64,000 bases of DNA from Dimorphilus gyrociliatus (taxonomy: Eukaryota > Animalia > Annelida). Below are positions 54,501-64,000 of the stretch, in pieces. Position 1 is the stretch's first letter. Every line of letters begins with the position of its first letter. The stretch lies in contig CAJFCJ010000026.1 of assembly GCA_904063045.1 (NCBI GenBank), forward strand, positions 226,964-290,963, given 5' to 3'. The notes under the pieces were generated by a model. The model did not search any database, was not told where the DNA came from, and saw only the letters and a list, made by a program, of their open reading frames with translations. The position numbers were made by a program, and so were the translations under genes.

Positions 54501-55546
54501 AAAAACTCTCTTCTTTTCCCTTCCAAGAGACTTTCAGATTCCTTTTGAAGCTGTTTGGCCAAGCTTCACTCTACCGGGTTGACTACGTCACGTCACACCC
54601 TCATTAAGGCACCGTTGGCATCATGCTCATCATTACAGCATGAGTGGTAGGGAAAGTGTAGAGATCAAAGCTTTTCGGAGCTTTGCCCGGTCAAGTACCG
54701 ATGCGTCGTCTAAATGCGGTTACTAACACCATGGTGCTCGTTATCCGCAATAACTAAATCTCCTGCCTTCTGTACTAAGGGTAAAGAGAACAATGGGTAC
54801 TTCTCAAGTGTCTTACCTAATCGCCAGCGAGTCACACAAACACTGATATTGGGTGCTTATATCAGGCAGACACAAGACGAAAAGGAGAAAGAAATAGAAA
54901 ATGGACAGAAGTATAAAATCAGACAATCGCCTCGTCAACGGACACCAACTGCGTCTTTGAGACTTCAACCAACCTCGTAATACACGTTTAGTCTAAAGCA
55001 GTAATAACTTATCTAATCCACCAGGGATCTCCTCTCTTTCAAAAAGCGCCATCTACTAGAATGAATTGTAACCTACTTACAAGGGAGCGTCGCGCTCTCT
55101 AACCAGCATTCTAAAGTTCATACTAAATTTGACATTACCGTGACACATTTCGCGAGCACTTACAAAGCCGATTTGCGCGCCAAGTTCAACATTAGAGCGA
55201 CTTTTTTGTAATTGACTACTATCCCTAAGCATATAACGAATCGGAAGTTCAGAACAATCGACAGTTTTCTCTTTAATTCTTAGTCAAACAGGTGACTAAA
55301 TCCTGTCCGTCTGCTACTCAGCTACTACGAATTGAATGAAAAACAAAGCAAACAAAACAATTGACGCGACGTGTACAGACCGTTCATTAACGCCCATCGA
55401 ATGACAAGCGAGTCATTTAGACGGTCTGCTCAATTTGCGTTCGCTTATTATTTCAATGATTACGATCTGCAAAACACGAAGGAACTCGATAGGTGGTGCT
55501 GAAAGATTTATTCCTAAAGTAAATCAACTAATGCACGTGCCTGCTA

Positions 55547-55600
55547 GTATATATATATATATATATATATAATAACATATATAATTTATATATATACATG
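55547..55600. repeat. Imperfect (TA)n microsatellite between the Tbx2/3 paralogs
   Basis: Directly visible. Confidence 0.8.
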
Positions 55601-56487
55601 TTTACTAATATATATTACGTTATATACTTCACATTCAATATACATTTATAGCTCAATTTCTAAACTCTCATTCTAAAAAAATATGTACTGGCATATAATT
55701 TTATATGAAGGGTGTATACAAATTGCATATAATTTGTATATATTTGCAAGTAATAGATTTTAGCGCAAGCAAGAATATTAAATAAGAGCCGAAGTAGCAA
55801 AGTGAAATAAATCGAGGAAAATACTGCCCCAGGACATCGACAAACGACTACAAAGTGACGCTGTCTTCGCCTATAGGTCTAAATATGTACATGTAAGACT
55901 TCAACTACCATTACTAATAACAACAATATATTCGATGAAACTGACGTAATCGACTGTGTAGTGGCGACAATAGACCGTCATTATCGGCGCCGCGGCCCTT
56001 TTTTTCTACTTCTCAACGTGTTAAAAGTCGATAAATATGGCTAAAGAATTGATGATAAAAGTTATCGATGCTTTATAGAATTTGCGATAAGCTGTATATT
56101 TATGCTTAATAGCTCGTCCGCCTGTCTAAGTGGGCAGATAAGCTGCATGGCGAAGAGATTAGAATAAAATTGTGCCAAAACAAATGGCGTCAATCATTGG
56201 CGAGTTGGCGTTTGCTGACAAGTGATGAGGTTTTGACCGATGGTCATAAGAGTGTTGGCAGAAAAGAGACTGAGCATATAGTTGGGTAATACTGAAAGAA
56301 AGGATAAAGAAAGAACTGCTCTGGCTGTAATATATTATCTCGTAACCATGTGCAGAACATAATTTAGTATAAGATAAAAAATAAACACATATAGTACAGT
56401 CTGTAAAACTGTATTTTACCATTTTACTATGTACATTAATATGCATGAAGCTTTGTTTCTCTATGCTCGGGCATTTCATTGTGCAAA

Positions 56488-56670
56488 GGCGCCAGGCTGG
56501 CGCCACTCTACTTAGCTGTCGCGCCCGCAGTTGCATAGTACGCACCTGAGGCGAGAAGTCTGCACCAATGCGCTAGGCCACAGATCCTGTCATTTGGCGC
56601 CTACACAACACCCTTTTCGCGCAACTTCTATCTGGCGCCGGTCTGTCGATGAAGCCTTTTGGCGCCACGC
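56488..56670. promoter_or_regulatory. Cluster of five GGCGCC (Smad1/5-type GC) sites 350-530 bp upstream of Tbx2/3-B
   Basis: GGCGCC occurs at 56488, 56499, 56596, 56634 and 56663, including GGCGCC-N5-GGCGCC and GGCGCC-N5-GTCG arrangements. Confidence 0.55.
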
Positions 56671-57015
56671 CACAAATAGAAAACAGAAAAGAAGAAAGAG
56701 TTTGAAAATGTCAGTAGTTTACAGATATATCCAAGATCGGGCCTTTTTTACATCTCTTTCCCTTAGCTAAATTCTAGATGATTTTACTTTGCCCCCCTTA
56801 TTTGTAAAGATATGACAAGCGTTTCTTCAGAGGCTCAACTGTAAAAGCGCTCCGCCTACTTTCTTAATGCTCATTGGTTGTTACCTTTTTGACTGACCAA
56901 TCAACTAAGTTATCACGCGCCGTTCGCCGCGAGAGGTGTCGAACGCTAGTGCAGTCAGTGAATAAGTGTGTTTGTGGTTGTGCCTTGTGTGCTACAGAGC
57001 AGTGAGTAGAGCTTG

Positions 57016-62532
<5,517 letters not shown>

Positions 62533-63712
62533 CGATGAACGTTAATTGATATATCAATAACATACAGTATGTTTATACATCATGTGTGTTATTTTATCTA
62601 TATTGTATATAGATATTTATATATACAATCTAGCTAGTCATCACGATAATATTTATAGATATAACGCGTGTGACATTAACTTAGCTTACGTTTTCTGCAA
62701 AGGCGAACTGTTCAAATAAGTAATTGGTGCTTTCCTGTGTGGTTTGAGAATATTTAAAATCTATGCAATGTCAACAGATATCTGAACGTCTGATTGTATT
62801 ATGCATGTGTAAAAATGCTCGTGTATACTATATGTACATACCATACACAGAATAATTTATACTAAAGCTTTCGCACATTGATAATATATTGCTATATATG
62901 CACTGAGTGAATACTGTATTCATTAAACGATACAACTAAATTATCTGGTTTAAAACAAAGAGATTATTATCGTTCATTTTGCGCCTGATTTAATAGAGAA
63001 TATAAATGGTAGTCCCTTTATTTAACATTTTTTTCAAAAAGTAATCACAAATGAATCGGTCGAATATCATTCTGATTACTTCCGATGTCCATAAACTTGA
63101 ATATCGTTATTACCCCACAAGCCTTCCAATTTACTCTTGAAGTGTTTTCTTCTCATCTGAAACCTTTAAATAGAAAAAAAATTTTAAATTAATTTTTTAT
63201 TATATAAATAACTCTATGTACACAATAAGAAAATCGTTAGCAGAATGTTGTTTATTTTTAAATATAGACTTTTTTGGAACTTTGATTTTCAGTTATAATT
63301 TCTGACAGATACTCCTTGTTTAGAACAAATAACTGAATAGAAATTTATATTAAGAAGTTATAGTCAAAACTATTAGTTATAAATGATAGCTTATAACTTA
63401 AAATATAATAATTGAAAATACAAGAGAGATATTTTTTGTCATGATAAAATGTAAATGCTGTTCATTTTAAAATTATAGGTCAGTAGTAATGACGTTTTCG
63501 ATCAGTTTATCAGCTATTTTTTGACAAGAAAGGATTCAAAACTTAGCCAGTCTTTCATATCAAAGTAATAATATCAAAAATTAAAAAAAAATTTATTGAG
63601 ATGAGTAGCATAGGGAAGAAATAGAGCAGACCCGTTGCATTGACGTATTCTTTTATATTGATTTGAATTGAAATTTTACTATTGCAACATATTAGTTTCT
63701 TTTGATCATAAA

Positions 63713-64000
63713 ATGTTTCGATACAATATTTTAATTTTACTGTTAATTTCTTCGATTGCAATAGGTTTGTAAATTACTGTATTAGTTTCTGTGGAACTAA
63801 TTAAAGTCAAAATAGGAGAAGATTGTAAACAGGGTAGCTCTTTGGATATTTGCTCAAGGACCATTGAAGGAAACTTTTCAAATGCTTCGACCTACTGCAG
63901 TTCTCACGGATATGCTCTTCTTGAACCGAGAAGTCGAGAAATATTAAACAAAGTATACAAATTTAATATAACGAATTTTTGGCTGGGTGTAAAGTTCGTT
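63713..64000 (+). CDS. Secreted C-type lectin-like domain protein (5' part; runs off the window); exons 63713-63764, 63816-end
   Basis: Signal-peptide-like MFRYNILILLLISSIAIG, a 51-nt GT-AG intron in phase 1, then EDCKQGSSLDICSRTIEGNFSNASTYCSSHGYALLEPRSREILNKVYKFNITNFWLGVKFV. This fits the CTLD pattern A-x-x-x-C...L...S...FWxG. It is not in the ORF track. Confidence 0.65.

Noticed and set aside
54604-54626. TAAGGCAC (miR-124 seed-like) suggesting a microRNA
   Set aside because: The remainder does not match miR-124 and I see no precursor hairpin.
63030-63180. Minus-strand exon-like frame (FQMRRKHFKSKLEGLWG...)
   Set aside because: No upstream exon or start could be linked, and I recognise no motif.

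Overview
This is eukaryotic, AT-rich DNA from an animal with a compact genome. Housekeeping introns are about 50-100 nt; a miniaturised invertebrate, probably spiralian, genome is an inference. The ORF track uses bacterial-style alternative starts and cannot splice, so I rebuilt the genes by hand from GT-AG junctions. Gene order: HSD17B14-like SDR (-), head-to-head with OSBP (+); divergent KIF27/KIF7-like kinesin (+); Onecut (-); NIMA-related kinase (+); SoxD (-); FoxN1/4 (-), head-to-head with two tandem Tbx2/3 (omb) paralogs (+,+); and the start of a secreted C-type-lectin-like gene at the right edge. The standout feature is the Onecut gene. It has one CUT-domain exon but two intact, diverged, tandem homeodomain-encoding terminal exons, each with its own phase-1 acceptor and stop codon, which implies alternative homeodomains on one CUT domain. 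A third in-frame acceptor would lengthen the linker by 25 aa. Also notable: repeated BMP/Smad-type composite elements around Tbx2/3, partitioning of features between the two Tbx2/3 paralogs, and an unresolved splice-phase gap in SoxD. I could support no rRNA, tRNA, CRISPR array or recognisable transposon.
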